Positions 40,103-50,014 of a stretch of DNA of 64,000 bases are shown piece after piece (the stretch's first letter is position 1; each line of letters opens with the position of its first letter). The position numbers were made by a program, and so were the translations under genes. The notes under the pieces were generated by a model. The model worked only from the letters and a program-made list of their open reading frames with translations. It ran no database searches and was not told the origin of the DNA. The DNA is taken from the sequence record MT682711.1. One strand, given 5' to 3'. This DNA is from Escherichia phage vB_EcoM_FB.

Positions 40103-40363
40103 TTATTTTTGAATTTTATCAAGCCATTTACCAAGCTTAATCATTTCTTTGGTAGCTTTTTCCATACTTCTAAATTTAACCAGTAAAGGTTGGGCATCAA
40201 CACCCATAACTAAGGTGGTTACAAGACTATGTTCACCTACAAGCCATAATGAATAAGTTTGGATATCGAGCCCGTAATTTCGGTCTTTATGAACTCGTAC
40301 ACCCATCACTTCAAATTTCTCACTGGCTTTTTCTACTGCATCCAGGAAATCATCTTTAGTCAT
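40103..40363 (-). CDS. hypothetical protein (86 aa)
   Basis: start re-set to ATG 40363 (TAATATG junction). Confidence 0.45.
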   Translation of the reverse strand: MTKDDFLDAVEKASEKFEVMGVRVHKDRNYGLDIQTYSLWLVGEHSLVTTLVMGVDAQPLLVKFRSMEKATKEMIKLGKWLDKIQK

Positions 40364-40364
40364 A

Positions 40365-40736
40365 TTAAATTCCAAAGGTAGCTTTAATCAAGGCAATGAC
40401 TTCCGCTGCATTTTTGTGATTAACCTGCACATGAATGGTTTGGGTATCAACATCAGGAACATCGCCAACAACTTCCAGGAAGTGACAGAATTCCCATTCA
40501 GCGAGTTCAAAGTACTCATCAGGCCCACCCATACTATTCAGGATAGTGCCATCTTTCATTTCAACTTTTTCAACAAAATAATCACCTTCAATATAACTCA
40601 TATCCAAGACTTTGAAGGAACTACCATGTTGTTCCATCAACTTGACCATGCACGAATTATAATTGTCATCAGGACTACCAGCGATGAAACGTTTTTTAGC
40701 AGCAGGGTCTAATACGTAAATTTTACCAGTTTCCAT
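40365..40736 (-). CDS. hypothetical protein (123 aa)
   Basis: GAGGAAAT SD; own early promoter. Confidence 0.5.
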   Translation of the reverse strand: METGKIYVLDPAAKKRFIAGSPDDNYNSCMVKLMEQHGSSFKVLDMSYIEGDYFVEKVEMKDGTILNSMGGPDEYFELAEWEFCHFLEVVGDVPDVDTQTIHVQVNHKNAAEVIALIKATFGI

Positions 40737-40765
40737 TTTTATTTCCTCATGTAGTTGATAGGTCT

Positions 40766-40793
40766 ATAGTATCATGTTTAAAGGGGTTGTAAA
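40766..40793 (-). promoter_or_regulatory. early promoter (GTTTACA ... TACTAT)
   Basis: near-identical promoter module. Confidence 0.5.
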
Positions 40794-40810
40794 CCATTAA
40801 ATGCCAAAAT

Positions 40811-40830
40811 GGGAAGACCGAAGTCTTCCC
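40811..40830. terminator. hairpin downstream of gene 32
   Basis: GGGAAGAC-cgaa-GTCTTCCC. Confidence 0.6.
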
Positions 40831-40846
40831 ATTATAAATCAATAAC

Positions 40847-41758
40847 TTATAGACCAGCTAACAGGTCGTCCAGACCATCGTCATCAGAAGGACTTACTGA
40901 CGGCTCAGGAGTAGTGGAACGAGCTGGTGTAGACGGTTTGGAGTCATATGCATCAAGGTCTGCACTGAATGCGTCCAGGTCATCACCAATCTTATCAGCG
41001 GCTGCAGAAGCTTTAGCGGCAGCACCACCAAGAGCAGCTGTACCAACAACTTTCTTAAACTTGGCTTCGTTAGTTTCAAAGGATTTGAATTCGAGCAGTT
41101 TAGAAAGGTCGTGCATTTCTTCCATCAATTTAGCTTGGTAAGCTTCATCATTGATGTTAGGAATTTCAGACTGACCCATGAATTTGGAATCGTCATAGTT
41201 CTTGAAGTCGCCAACTTTCTTAGATTTCAGTACGAAGTTCGCACCATCAAACGGACATGTTACGTCAACCGGCACTTCACCAATATCGGTATCAACTTCA
41301 ACCATCTGGTTGATTTTATCCATAATTTTCTGACCGAAACGGAATTTAAACACTTTACCTTCGTTAGCAGGCACTGCACTATCCTTAATAACAAGGATGT
41401 TAGCCCAGAAGGAAGTTTTACGTTTCATCAGTTTGTATTCGGCATTATTAGTATTAAAAGTATCGTTCTGGTTCATGTATTTACATACAGGACATGAATC
41501 GAAATCACCATGAGTAGACGTACATGATTCGATATACCACTGACCATTTTTCTTAAAACCATGGTTAACAAGCTTAACGAATGGGGATGGATTAGCTTCG
41601 TTTTTCGAAGGAAGGAATCGAATAACTGCGGTTCCTACGCCATTGTCATCTTTCAATTTCCATTCGGATTTGTCATCAGACGAGAAAGAAGAGCCACCTT
41701 TCATTGCAGACAGTTGAGCAGCAAGTTCAGCAGGATTACGGCGTTTAAACATAGACAT
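40847..41758 (-). CDS. 32: gp32 single-stranded DNA-binding protein
   Basis: 303 aa; zinc ligands in [14 protein letters not shown]; acidic C-terminus; N-terminus as in T4 gp32. Confidence 0.95.
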   Translation of the reverse strand: MSMFKRRNPAELAAQLSAMKGGSSFSSDDKSEWKLKDDNGVGTAVIRFLPSKNEANPSPFVKLVNHGFKKNGQWYIESCTSTHGDFDSCPVCKYMNQNDTFNTNNAEYKLMKRKTSFWANILVIKDSAVPANEGKVFKFRFGQKIMDKINQMVEVDTDIGEVPVDVTCPFDGANFVLKSKKVGDFKNYDDSKFMGQSEIPNINDEAYQAKLMEEMHDLSKLLEFKSFETNEAKFKKVVGTAALGGAAAKASAAADKIGDDLDAFSADLDAYDSKPSTPARSTTPEPSVSPSDDDGLDDLLAGL

Positions 41759-41856
41759 ATTATTTACCTTATTTGATATATTTAATAAATTTATTAACAG
41801 TTGTTGTTATCACGTTTACCTTGATAACTAGGTTTTGAAGATGAAGTAATTATATA

Positions 41857-42492
41857 TCACTTCGAATAAAGCATTTTTAACTTAATGAATTCAGGGTCAT
41901 CATTAGGAACCCAACCCTCATTAAATTGTTTAATCATACTCTTTGATGTAGTTTCACTAACATTTATACCAGAGTTAATGAGACGCCTCCATCCACAAGC
42001 TCTTCCACTAGAATTAATTATACAATAATTAGTATAAGCAATATCACTAAGCATCCAATCTAAAGGGTTTGCTCTAGAAGTTTTCCAAGGACGGTAATCG
42101 GGTTGATTCATATAGTTAGCAGCTTTCATATGGGCTCTAACTTCAGGACGTTTGGCTGGGTGAGTGCATCCAAAGACTCCAAATCCGCCACCGGCATAAA
42201 CCAAATTAAAATAATCATCATTATCTCTAGCTTGAACTTCCAATTGTTCTGAACGTTCAATATTAATAACAATATCAAATGGCGTTATAGCCAAAATTTC
42301 AACAATAGGTTTTTCTTCTTCGATGGCCTCTTTAAATCTTGATTGCTCGCAAGAGGTCCAATACTCTTTACCTTTACAGTCAATAATCACGCCATTTTCA
42401 AAAGTACAATTAGTTTTAGAACCTATGTACGAAAACGGCTTAATATTATTAGCCTGACGATTAAGCCAAGTCATTTTATAAACTATATTCAA
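41857..42492 (-). CDS. putative GIY-YIG homing endonuclease (SegG-like, between 32 and 59)
   Basis: N-terminal NIVYK...FSYIGSKT; only start overlapping the gp59 stop is TTG (TTGA). Confidence 0.5.
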   Translation of the reverse strand: MNIVYKMTWLNRQANNIKPFSYIGSKTNCTFENGVIIDCKGKEYWTSCEQSRFKEAIEEEKPIVEILAITPFDIVINIERSEQLEVQARDNDDYFNLVYAGGGFGVFGCTHPAKRPEVRAHMKAANYMNQPDYRPWKTSRANPLDWMLSDIAYTNYCIINSSGRACGWRRLINSGINVSETTSKSMIKQFNEGWVPNDDPEFIKLKMLYSK

Positions 42493-43142
42493 AATTTACA
42501 ACCCTTAATTGTTTCAATGAACAATTTACGAGCCTCAATAGAATCTACTATAAGAATTTTTTTGTAAGCATTTAATTTAGTCGAATACTTAGACCACACT
42601 AAATCGTTAGTCTTTTCATCGTGCTTATCAATTATATCCATAAATGAATCAAGCAAAATAAACGTTTCGAATGAAATAACATTCGATTGAAGGAGCTTAA
42701 AAATATAACTCGAGTTAACTTTTTTATTATAATCAAAAATTTCAGAAAGCGCTTGAACTTCCACTTTCTTACTAAAATAATAAATGTTTTTGATATCATC
42801 CTCAAAAACTTGTTTTATTCTTTTAAGTCTACCGATATATTCTCGGTAAAAGACTAAGGCGTCAGCATCACTGATGTCGCCAATCCATGCGTCTTGGTTA
42901 GCTACCAAGTTACTCATGAATATAAGAGCAAGCTCTTTCAAAGTGTATTTATCACTCAATTTCTCAAAGAAATATTTGTCACGACGTTTTTGATAAGCCG
43001 TATCAGAGATTCGCATGACCCAGTTGTATTTGATAACGTCGTATTTGGCGTTGAAATGATGCTTTAACATCAAATATAGGGAATATACACTTTTGCCGTT
43101 CACCATACGGTTATTGTTTGGTGGCATGCGAATCTTAATCAT
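42489..43142 (-). CDS. 59: gp59 helicase loader
   Basis: 217 aa; near-identical to recalled T4 gp59 (YDVIKYNWVMRISDTAYQKRRDKYFF). Confidence 0.9.
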   Translation of the reverse strand: MIKIRMPPNNNRMVNGKSVYSLYLMLKHHFNAKYDVIKYNWVMRISDTAYQKRRDKYFFEKLSDKYTLKELALIFMSNLVANQDAWIGDISDADALVFYREYIGRLKRIKQVFEDDIKNIYYFSKKVEVQALSEIFDYNKKVNSSYIFKLLQSNVISFETFILLDSFMDIIDKHDEKTNDLVWSKYSTKLNAYKKILIVDSIEARKLFIETIKGCKF

Positions 43143-43441
43143 AACAAGAAATCCAGGGTATTAGTCTTTTGCGTTCGAGCCATTGAAGGTCGAAGCAAGT
43201 TATCATCAATGGCTTCGTTCATAATTTTATCAATAATTCCTGCAGGCAAATAACGAGCAAAGTTACCTTCAGGGATGCTGTTCTCTTCCAACCATGCGGT
43301 AGCCGCTTCGAGGTAACTACAACCTTCAGCCTCAACAAAGGCCTCAATATCAAGGCCATTCTGTTGTTTGTTTACCAATACATGGACGGGTTCAGAAGCG
43401 GTATTAACCGCTCCATCAAAATCATTCAAAGATTGTGTCAT
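43139..43441 (-). CDS. 33: gp33 late transcription co-activator
   Basis: 100 aa; C-terminal DDNLLRPSMARTQKTNTLDFLL. Confidence 0.85.
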   Translation of the reverse strand: MTQSLNDFDGAVNTASEPVHVLVNKQQNGLDIEAFVEAEGCSYLEAATAWLEENSIPEGNFARYLPAGIIDKIMNEAIDDNLLRPSMARTQKTNTLDFLL

Positions 43442-43691
43442 ACAGTTCTACCACTTCAGTTTTTTCGTCTTCGAAACGTTCGCGAGTGCCTTTATGGTAC
43501 AGGGAGAACAGCTGGTTAAACATTTTACCGTCTACACCAAGTTCAGTCTTAGCACGGTCTTTGATATCTTTAATTTCGTCACCGTAGGCTTCCATTTTTA
43601 ATTTAGTATCGGAAGCGGTTTTAATCAGTTGTGCTAATGTGTTACCATGTTCTTCTTGATTGAATTCAACTTTCACTTTTTCTTTAGCCAT
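43422..43691 (-). CDS. dsbA: DsbA double-stranded DNA-binding protein
   Basis: start re-set to ATG 43691 (MAKEKVKVEF..., 89 aa). Confidence 0.75.
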   Translation of the reverse strand: MAKEKVKVEFNQEEHGNTLAQLIKTASDTKLKMEAYGDEIKDIKDRAKTELGVDGKMFNQLFSLYHKGTRERFEDEKTEVVELYDTIFE

Positions 43692-43701
43692 TATATTCAC
43701 C

Positions 43702-44649
43702 TTAATAAAAATCAGCTACTGTAGCGGTTAGTTTAGACAAACCGGATTTAACGAAATAAGGATAAACTTTAGATTTCGAAGGTTTGTTATACGTATTATA
43801 TCTTTCAGTAATTAAAGCAACAATATCATCTGGAATAAAGTCCATATCAATTAAGATTTGGTTTTCACAGAAACGTTCATATTGTTCTTCAGTAAGAAGT
43901 GTTTTAATTATATCATGGTCATAATAATTAAGAGCAATTGCTTCAAGTTCCTTGGCACGAGTGCTAGGAGTACGCTCGCCTTCAACCATGGTCAACCAAT
44001 AATCACCACGAACTTTAATACTCGCGACGTTATCTTTACGGTCACCTTTAACAACCTTGGTTACACAATCCAGTAATGAATCACCAGATTTTGTTTTGAC
44101 GAATTTTTTCTGCATTGGAGACCATTGTTTTACCCCAGGGAATTTATGGAGTTGAGTAAAGTCGCCATCAGAGGAACCAATCATAACCGGATGGCCTAAA
44201 GCCGTAAGGATTCGGGTTAAAACAGCAATATGGTCATCAGCCTCGACAGTATCGATGTTCATAACAATATAAGGCATGTTATGTTCAAGCTCATCAATAA
44301 TCAAATGCATTGCCGTAAATAAGCCTTCCCAATCAAATAATGATTCTTCACGAGCCTTGGCACGGTTTTTCTTATAATAAGGTGAATAGCGACGTCGCCA
44401 ATAACCTGATTTAGAGTTATCAACACAAATAACCAGTTGGTTGTAACCTTGTTTTTTAAAGTCTTTAATGTTTTTCTTAATTGAATTCAACACGAGGTGT
44501 CGAAGCATTGCTGTAGTTACTTTAGGAAATCCAGCATTTTCACCAAATTCTTGGAATGCTGCTGCCATAATGATTTGGCTAAAGTCTAACAACAAGAATC
44601 CATCTTTTTGACGTTCTTCTTCAGGAAGTAAAAAATCTAAATCGTTCAT
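43702..44649 (-). CDS. rnh: RNase H (5'-3' exonuclease, FEN family)
   Basis: start re-set to ATG 44649; GSSDGDFTQLHK and KSGYWRR as in T4 RNase H. Confidence 0.9.
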   Translation of the reverse strand: MNDLDFLLPEEERQKDGFLLLDFSQIIMAAAFQEFGENAGFPKVTTAMLRHLVLNSIKKNIKDFKKQGYNQLVICVDNSKSGYWRRRYSPYYKKNRAKAREESLFDWEGLFTAMHLIIDELEHNMPYIVMNIDTVEADDHIAVLTRILTALGHPVMIGSSDGDFTQLHKFPGVKQWSPMQKKFVKTKSGDSLLDCVTKVVKGDRKDNVASIKVRGDYWLTMVEGERTPSTRAKELEAIALNYYDHDIIKTLLTEEQYERFCENQILIDMDFIPDDIVALITERYNTYNKPSKSKVYPYFVKSGLSKLTATVADFY

Positions 44650-44680
44650 ATGAACCTCTGTCCAATTAGTGTAGAGGTTC

Positions 44681-44709
44681 ATTATATCATGGGTTTTAAG
44701 GAAGTAAAC
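44681..44709 (-). promoter_or_regulatory. early promoter (GTTTAC ... TATAAT) for rnh
   Basis: -10 TATAAT; leader contains a hairpin covering the SD. Confidence 0.5.
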
Positions 44710-44716
44710 ATCTTGC

Positions 44717-44724
44717 TATAAATA
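44717..44724 (+). promoter_or_regulatory. late promoter TATAAATA for gene 34
   Basis: exact TATAAATA 33 nt before ATG 44757. Confidence 0.6.
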
Positions 44725-44756
44725 GTTCTATACCCTGAAAACGAAAAGGAAATAAA

Positions 44757-47700
44757 ATGGCCGATATTTTAAAACCTGCCTTCCGTGCTACATCCGGACT
44801 CGATGCTGCAGGCGAGAAAGTTATCAATGTTGCCAAAGCCGATTACAATGTATTAGACGACGGCGTCAACGTTGAATTCTTTATAGATGAGAACACCATC
44901 CAGGCGTACGACGAGACGCGTGGATATAAGAAAGGGTTTGCAGTAATCCATGACCAACGTATCTGGGTTTCTCAACGTGAAATTCCTTCTCCTGCAGGAA
45001 CCTTTACACCGGGTTATTGGACTGCTACCCGTACTGACCCTAAGTGGATTACCGTAGCATCTCCTACCCGTCAGTTGGCTTCCGGTGAATATATTGCGGT
45101 GGATTCCGCTGCTAGCTTTACTACATTTACCCTGCCTCCTAACCCTACAGATGGCGATACCGTTGTAATTAAAGATATCGGTGGACGTGTCGGTTATAAC
45201 GAAATCAAGGTCCAATCTAGTTCTGCGCCTGGCGGCGGTAACCAGAAAATTGTTCGTTTTGGTAATCAGTTCTCTGAAACCCTGATAACCAAACCATTTT
45301 CTTATAACATGCTTATCTTTGCCAACCGTTTATGGCATTTCTGGGAAGCAGGTAATGAAGAACGTGGTATTCGTGTAGAACCGAACACGGCCCAGTTCCA
45401 ATCACAAGCAGGTGATAACGTTCTCCGTCGTTATACTTCAGGTGCAGTAATTAAGTTTACTCTTCCTAAGTATGCGAACCAGGGTGATATTATTAAAACC
45501 GTTGATATTGATGGTTTAGGAAGTAAATTCCATTTAATCGTCGAAACGTTTGATGCCTCGTCTTCATTAGGTAAGCTTGGTCAGCATAGCATGGAATTCC
45601 GTACCTCCGGTGATGGATTCTTTGTTTATAACTCTACCGAAAAATTATGGTATGTTTGGGACGGTGACCGTCAAACTCGTTTACGCGTAATTCGTGACGA
45701 TGTTGAGCTCTTGGCTAATGAAAGTGTTATTGTTTTTGGTCCTAATAATACGACGCCGCAGACGATTAATATCACATTACCTACAGGCGTAGCCCAGGGT
45801 GATGTCGTTAAGATTGCTCTGAACTATCTCCGTAAAGCTCAGACGGTAAATATTAAGGCCACCGTAGGAGATAAAATTGCTTCTTCGGTTCAATTGCTCC
45901 AGTTCCCTAAACGTTCTGAATATCCGCCGGATACTGAATGGGTGTTGAATGATGTACTGACCTTTAATGGCGATATAAGTTATACTCCGGTTATTGAACT
46001 GAGTTATATCGAAGACACCACTACAGGTGGCAAATATTGGGTTGTTGCTCAGAACGTTCCTACTATAGAACGTGTAGATTCTAAAGATGATTTAACTCGT
46101 GCTCGTTTAGGTGTTATTGCCCTTGCGTCGCAGACTCAGGCAAACGTTGACCATGAAAATAACCCTGAGAAAGAACTTGCAATTACTCCACAGACTTTAG
46201 CTAATCGTGTAGCGACTGAATCTCGTCGTGGTATTGCTCGTATTGCTACTACTGCTCAGGTGAACCAGGACACAACCTTCGCATTCCAGGACGATTTGAT
46301 TATTTCTCCTAAGAAATTAAACGAACGTACTGCAACCGAAACTCGCCGTGGTGTTGCTGAAATTGCTACGCAAGTTGAAACTAACACGGGTACAGATGAT
46401 ACTACAATCATCACTCCTAAGAAGCTACAAGCACGCCAGGGTTCGGAAAGTCTTTCAGGTATTGTAACATATACCTCTACTGTAGGAACCACTCCTGCGA
46501 CTGCTAGAGACACTGTAGGTACTAACGTTTATAATAAGAACGTAGGCAATTTGGTTATTTCTCCTAAAGCTCTCGACCAGTATAAAGCTACCCAAGTTCA
46601 ACAGGGTACGGTATATCTTTCTAACCAATCTGAAGTTAACGCAGGTCAAACTGCAAGTGGATTTGCCAACAGTGCTGTTTCTCCGGAAACATTACATGCC
46701 CGTGTGGCTCTTGATACTCGTACAGGGTTAATTGAAATTGCTACGCAAGCAGAGACTGATACTGGAACAGATTATACTCGTGCAGTAACGCCTAAGACGT
46801 TAAATGATAGGAAAGCTACGGAAGGATTGACTGGTATTGCTAGAATTGCAACACAGGTAGAATTTGATGCAGGTACGTTAGATAATGTTATTTCAACTCC
46901 GTTGAAAATTAAAACAAGATTTAATGATACTGCTAGAACTTCTGTCTCAGCAGCCAGCGGTTTGGTTGAATCAGGAACCTTATGGAACCATTATACACTA
47001 GATATTAGAGAAGCAAATGAGACACAACGTGGTACTGCTCGCCTGGCAACCCAGACCGAAGTCAACGTTGGTACTGATGACAAAACTATCATCACTCCTT
47101 TGAAATTACACTCTAAAAAATCTACTGAAAGTTCTGAGGGTATTATTCGTGTTGCAACTAATACCGAAACAACCGCAGGAACTTCTAAAGTTTTGGCTGT
47201 AAGCCCTTCTGGTTTAAAATATGTAGTACAGACCGAAACCACTTGGGAAGCTACTGCACTTCGTCGTGGATTTGTTAAACTAACCGAAGGTGCTTTAACC
47301 CATTCAGGAAATAAAGTTACCGGTTCCGGTGTTAAATTTAACTCAGGCACAGGCCTTTATGAGAACGATGATACTGTTCTGAACGCAGCGAACTACCCTA
47401 AAACGGGTTATGCTGTTTCATCTTACGAGATGAATAAAACTTTACAGAACTTTTTACCTATAAATGCTACGGCTGTGAACTCCGAGAAATTGGATGGCCT
47501 GGATTCACTTCAGTTCATTCGTAGAGACGTCGACCAAACGGTTAATGGTTCTTTAACCCTGACCAAACAATTGAACCTGGCAGCTCCTCTAGTGTCTTCT
47601 AGTACTGCTAATATTACTGGCAATACTATTTTAGGTTCTCTAGAAGTAACTGGAAATTCTACTTTTAAAAATGATGTATCTGTTAGCTCAGGTAAATCTA

Positions 47701-48809
47701 TTAAATTTGTAGGACCCCAGTCTGGCGCAGGTTCTTGGGATTCTCAGGCAACTAATTTTGCACCTATTTTCTCTGAGATAAATTCTACTGTTGATGCTAG
47801 TTATCACCCTATTGTTAAGCAACGATTAGGGCAGGGTACTTTCTCTTTAGGTACTTTAAATGACGGTTCCGGCGATTTTAAAATCCATCATATCAGCAGT
47901 GCTTCTGGTGCTTTAAAATCTTCCTACTGGACCTTTAATACGACCGGTGATTTTGCTGTTAATAGTGGTTCTATTAGTATTTCCAAGAACGCTAATATCA
48001 CAGGTACAACTACTTCTAACGGTGTTTCTACAACTACATTAAATGCTTCTGCTCTGTCTTCGTTGCAAAACGTAACTACTTCAGGTACTATCGTTTCCAC
48101 CGGACAGGTATCGGCAAATAATGGTTTGGTTGCTCAAAAATACGTCCGTTCTGTTGGTGTTAAACCTACATTAGCATCCCAGGCCCCTACTGCAGAAACC
48201 GTTGGCTTCTGGTCTGTCGATATCAATGATTCGGCTACATTTAACCTGTTCCCTGGTTATTGGACGATGAAAACTAAACGTCAGGTTAATATCGATACGG
48301 TCCAAACTAAACCTGCCGGTGTTTCTGATGAGATATGGAATGCTTCTGGTTGGTTGACAGAAACGGGTGCATTTAGTTCTCCGGCTATTCGTTATAGTAA
48401 CGAAGACGGTAGTTTTGGTGACGAAGTTCTCGGTACATCAGGTCAGAAATTACGTGGTACTTGGTTTGATTATTCTGTTCGTGATAAGGAAGTTAAATAT
48501 CCTGGTACGTTAACTCAGTTTGGTAATACATTGGATTCATGTTATCAAGATTGGGTGTGCTATCCTACAGGACTGAATGGTGGTACTATTCGTTATACAC
48601 GTACCTGGCAGAAAAATAAAAACGCATGGACTACGTTCTCTATGGTCTATACGGCAGATAACCCTCCTTCTGCGGAAGAGGTTGGTGCATTGCCTGCTGA
48701 TAACGCTACAATGGGTAACATTACAATCCTTGATTGGTTACGTATTGGCAACGTTCGTATTATTCCTGACCCGGTCACTAAATCCGTTAAGTTTGAGTGG
48801 ATTGAATAA
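44757..48809 (+). CDS. 34: long tail fiber proximal subunit gp34
   Basis: 1350 aa; repeated TAT(E/T)TRRG(V/I)A(E/R)IAT motifs; C-terminal GNVRIIPDPVTKSVKFEWIE. Confidence 0.95.
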   Translation: MADILKPAFRATSGLDAAGEKVINVAKADYNVLDDGVNVEFFIDENTIQAYDETRGYKKGFAVIHDQRIWVSQREIPSPAGTFTPGYWTATRTDPKWITVASPTRQLASGEYIAVDSAASFTTFTLPPNPTDGDTVVIKDIGGRVGYNEIKVQSSSAPGGGNQKIVRFGNQFSETLITKPFSYNMLIFANRLWHFWEAGNEERGIRVEPNTAQFQSQAGDNVLRRYTSGAVIKFTLPKYANQGDIIKTVDIDGLGSKFHLIVETFDASSSLGKLGQHSMEFRTSGDGFFVYNSTEKLWYVWDGDRQTRLRVIRDDVELLANESVIVFGPNNTTPQTINITLPTGVAQGDVVKIALNYLRKAQTVNIKATVGDKIASSVQLLQFPKRSEYPPDTEWVLNDVLTFNGDISYTPVIELSYIEDTTTGGKYWVVAQNVPTIERVDSKDDLTRARLGVIALASQTQANVDHENNPEKELAITPQTLANRVATESRRGIARIATTAQVNQDTTFAFQDDLIISPKKLNERTATETRRGVAEIATQVETNTGTDDTTIITPKKLQARQGSESLSGIVTYTSTVGTTPATARDTVGTNVYNKNVGNLVISPKALDQYKATQVQQGTVYLSNQSEVNAGQTASGFANSAVSPETLHARVALDTRTGLIEIATQAETDTGTDYTRAVTPKTLNDRKATEGLTGIARIATQVEFDAGTLDNVISTPLKIKTRFNDTARTSVSAASGLVESGTLWNHYTLDIREANETQRGTARLATQTEVNVGTDDKTIITPLKLHSKKSTESSEGIIRVATNTETTAGTSKVLAVSPSGLKYVVQTETTWEATALRRGFVKLTEGALTHSGNKVTGSGVKFNSGTGLYENDDTVLNAANYPKTGYAVSSYEMNKTLQNFLPINATAVNSEKLDGLDSLQFIRRDVDQTVNGSLTLTKQLNLAAPLVSSSTANITGNTILGSLEVTGNSTFKNDVSVSSGKSIKFVGPQSGAGSWDSQATNFAPIFSEINSTVDASYHPIVKQRLGQGTFSLGTLNDGSGDFKIHHISSASGALKSSYWTFNTTGDFAVNSGSISISKNANITGTTTSNGVSTTTLNASALSSLQNVTTSGTIVSTGQVSANNGLVAQKYVRSVGVKPTLASQAPTAETVGFWSVDINDSATFNLFPGYWTMKTKRQVNIDTVQTKPAGVSDEIWNASGWLTETGAFSSPAIRYSNEDGSFGDEVLGTSGQKLRGTWFDYSVRDKEVKYPGTLTQFGNTLDSCYQDWVCYPTGLNGGTIRYTRTWQKNKNAWTTFSMVYTADNPPSAEEVGALPADNATMGNITILDWLRIGNVRIIPDPVTKSVKFEWIE

Positions 48810-48817
48810 GAGGTATT

Positions 48818-49939
48818 ATGGAAAGATTTATGGCAGAATTTGGACAAGGATATGTCCAGGTTCCTACATTATCTGAAAACAATGCTGTAAGGTATAAACT
48901 TAGTATAGCGGGTAGTTGTACTAAGTCTACCACAAAAGCATATGTTAAATTTCAAGATGGGAACTTCGGTTCCCAGAATTTTAAAAATGGATTAAACCTT
49001 ATAGAAATCGATGTTAGTGCTGAACCCAAAATAGTGGCTAACAAAACTTATAGTTTTACAAAAGATTTTGATGTTATTTCTGAAGCTTTTATAACGTATA
49101 TAAATTCTATACCGGCTAATAGAATAGTTTGTTTAGTATCTTCTGGTAGATTAAATGCTTCACAAAAACTTATCGATTGGTTCCGTGCAGCAGGAAGTAC
49201 CGCATTTCCATCTAAATGGCTAATAGACCGCTTCGAGCCGTCTTATTCGGCATTTTATGTTTCAGGAAGGAATGCTATAGTAATGGAACATGTGCTTTAT
49301 AATGATGGGGTATTGGTCGAAGATGTTTCTACCCCATTAGAAGTGGTATTTGATGATATCAGCGACGTTGGTGGTACAGGATATCCTGTCAGAATTGTTG
49401 AAGACGAAAGCACTTATCTAAGCAATGATGGAGATGAAATTAAGCGATTTCCTACCGAATCTCCTACAACCCCATTAACAGATTATAATATGAAACCAGG
49501 TGAATTCTTTTACCTTAAGTTTCAATTAATGCGCGACCAAGCTTTAAAAGACGTAGGGACTTCTCAGATGTCTGTTAGATTTTTTAATGCCTCAGGTGCT
49601 TTAACTGGGACAGTTAATATGGACGTTCCTTCCAACGTTCCTGCTGGTGCATGGATGACATTTGAACGGGTAGTAATGGTTCCTGAAGGTACTACAGACT
49701 TCACCCTTTATGCCAGAAAAACCGCTTCGGCTGGCCAAGGTGGAGTTCGAAATGTTATGTTCGGTGAGATATCTGAATCAGAACCTCAGCCAAAACCTGC
49801 TGAATTTGGTGTTAACGGTATTCGTATGAACTTTGGTACGGAAACTAAAAATATGGGTACTACCATAGCCCAGCTATATGATAAAACAGGCACTAAACCT
49901 GGTCAGGTTTGGGTCGCTGAATTTAGAGAAAAATATTAA
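48818..49939 (+). CDS. 35: long tail fiber hinge protein gp35
   Basis: 373 aa; AAGAGG SD; synteny. Confidence 0.85.
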   Translation: MERFMAEFGQGYVQVPTLSENNAVRYKLSIAGSCTKSTTKAYVKFQDGNFGSQNFKNGLNLIEIDVSAEPKIVANKTYSFTKDFDVISEAFITYINSIPANRIVCLVSSGRLNASQKLIDWFRAAGSTAFPSKWLIDRFEPSYSAFYVSGRNAIVMEHVLYNDGVLVEDVSTPLEVVFDDISDVGGTGYPVRIVEDESTYLSNDGDEIKRFPTESPTTPLTDYNMKPGEFFYLKFQLMRDQALKDVGTSQMSVRFFNASGALTGTVNMDVPSNVPAGAWMTFERVVMVPEGTTDFTLYARKTASAGQGGVRNVMFGEISESEPQPKPAEFGVNGIRMNFGTETKNMGTTIAQLYDKTGTKPGQVWVAEFREKY

Positions 49940-49960
49940 GGAACCTTCGGGTTCCTTTTT
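49940..49960 (+). terminator. intrinsic terminator after gene 35
   Basis: GGAACC-ttcg-GGTTCC followed by TTTTT. Confidence 0.7.
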
Positions 49961-50014
49961 CGTTTTCTACGACCATAAATATATAAAAGGCTATAACTCC
50001 CAAAGGAAACTCAA

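Noticed and set aside
49974-49981. Late promoters for gene 36 (CATAAATA at 49974..49981) and alt copy 2 (20904..20911)
   Set aside because: One mismatch to TATAAATA at the first position; too uncertain to call as features.
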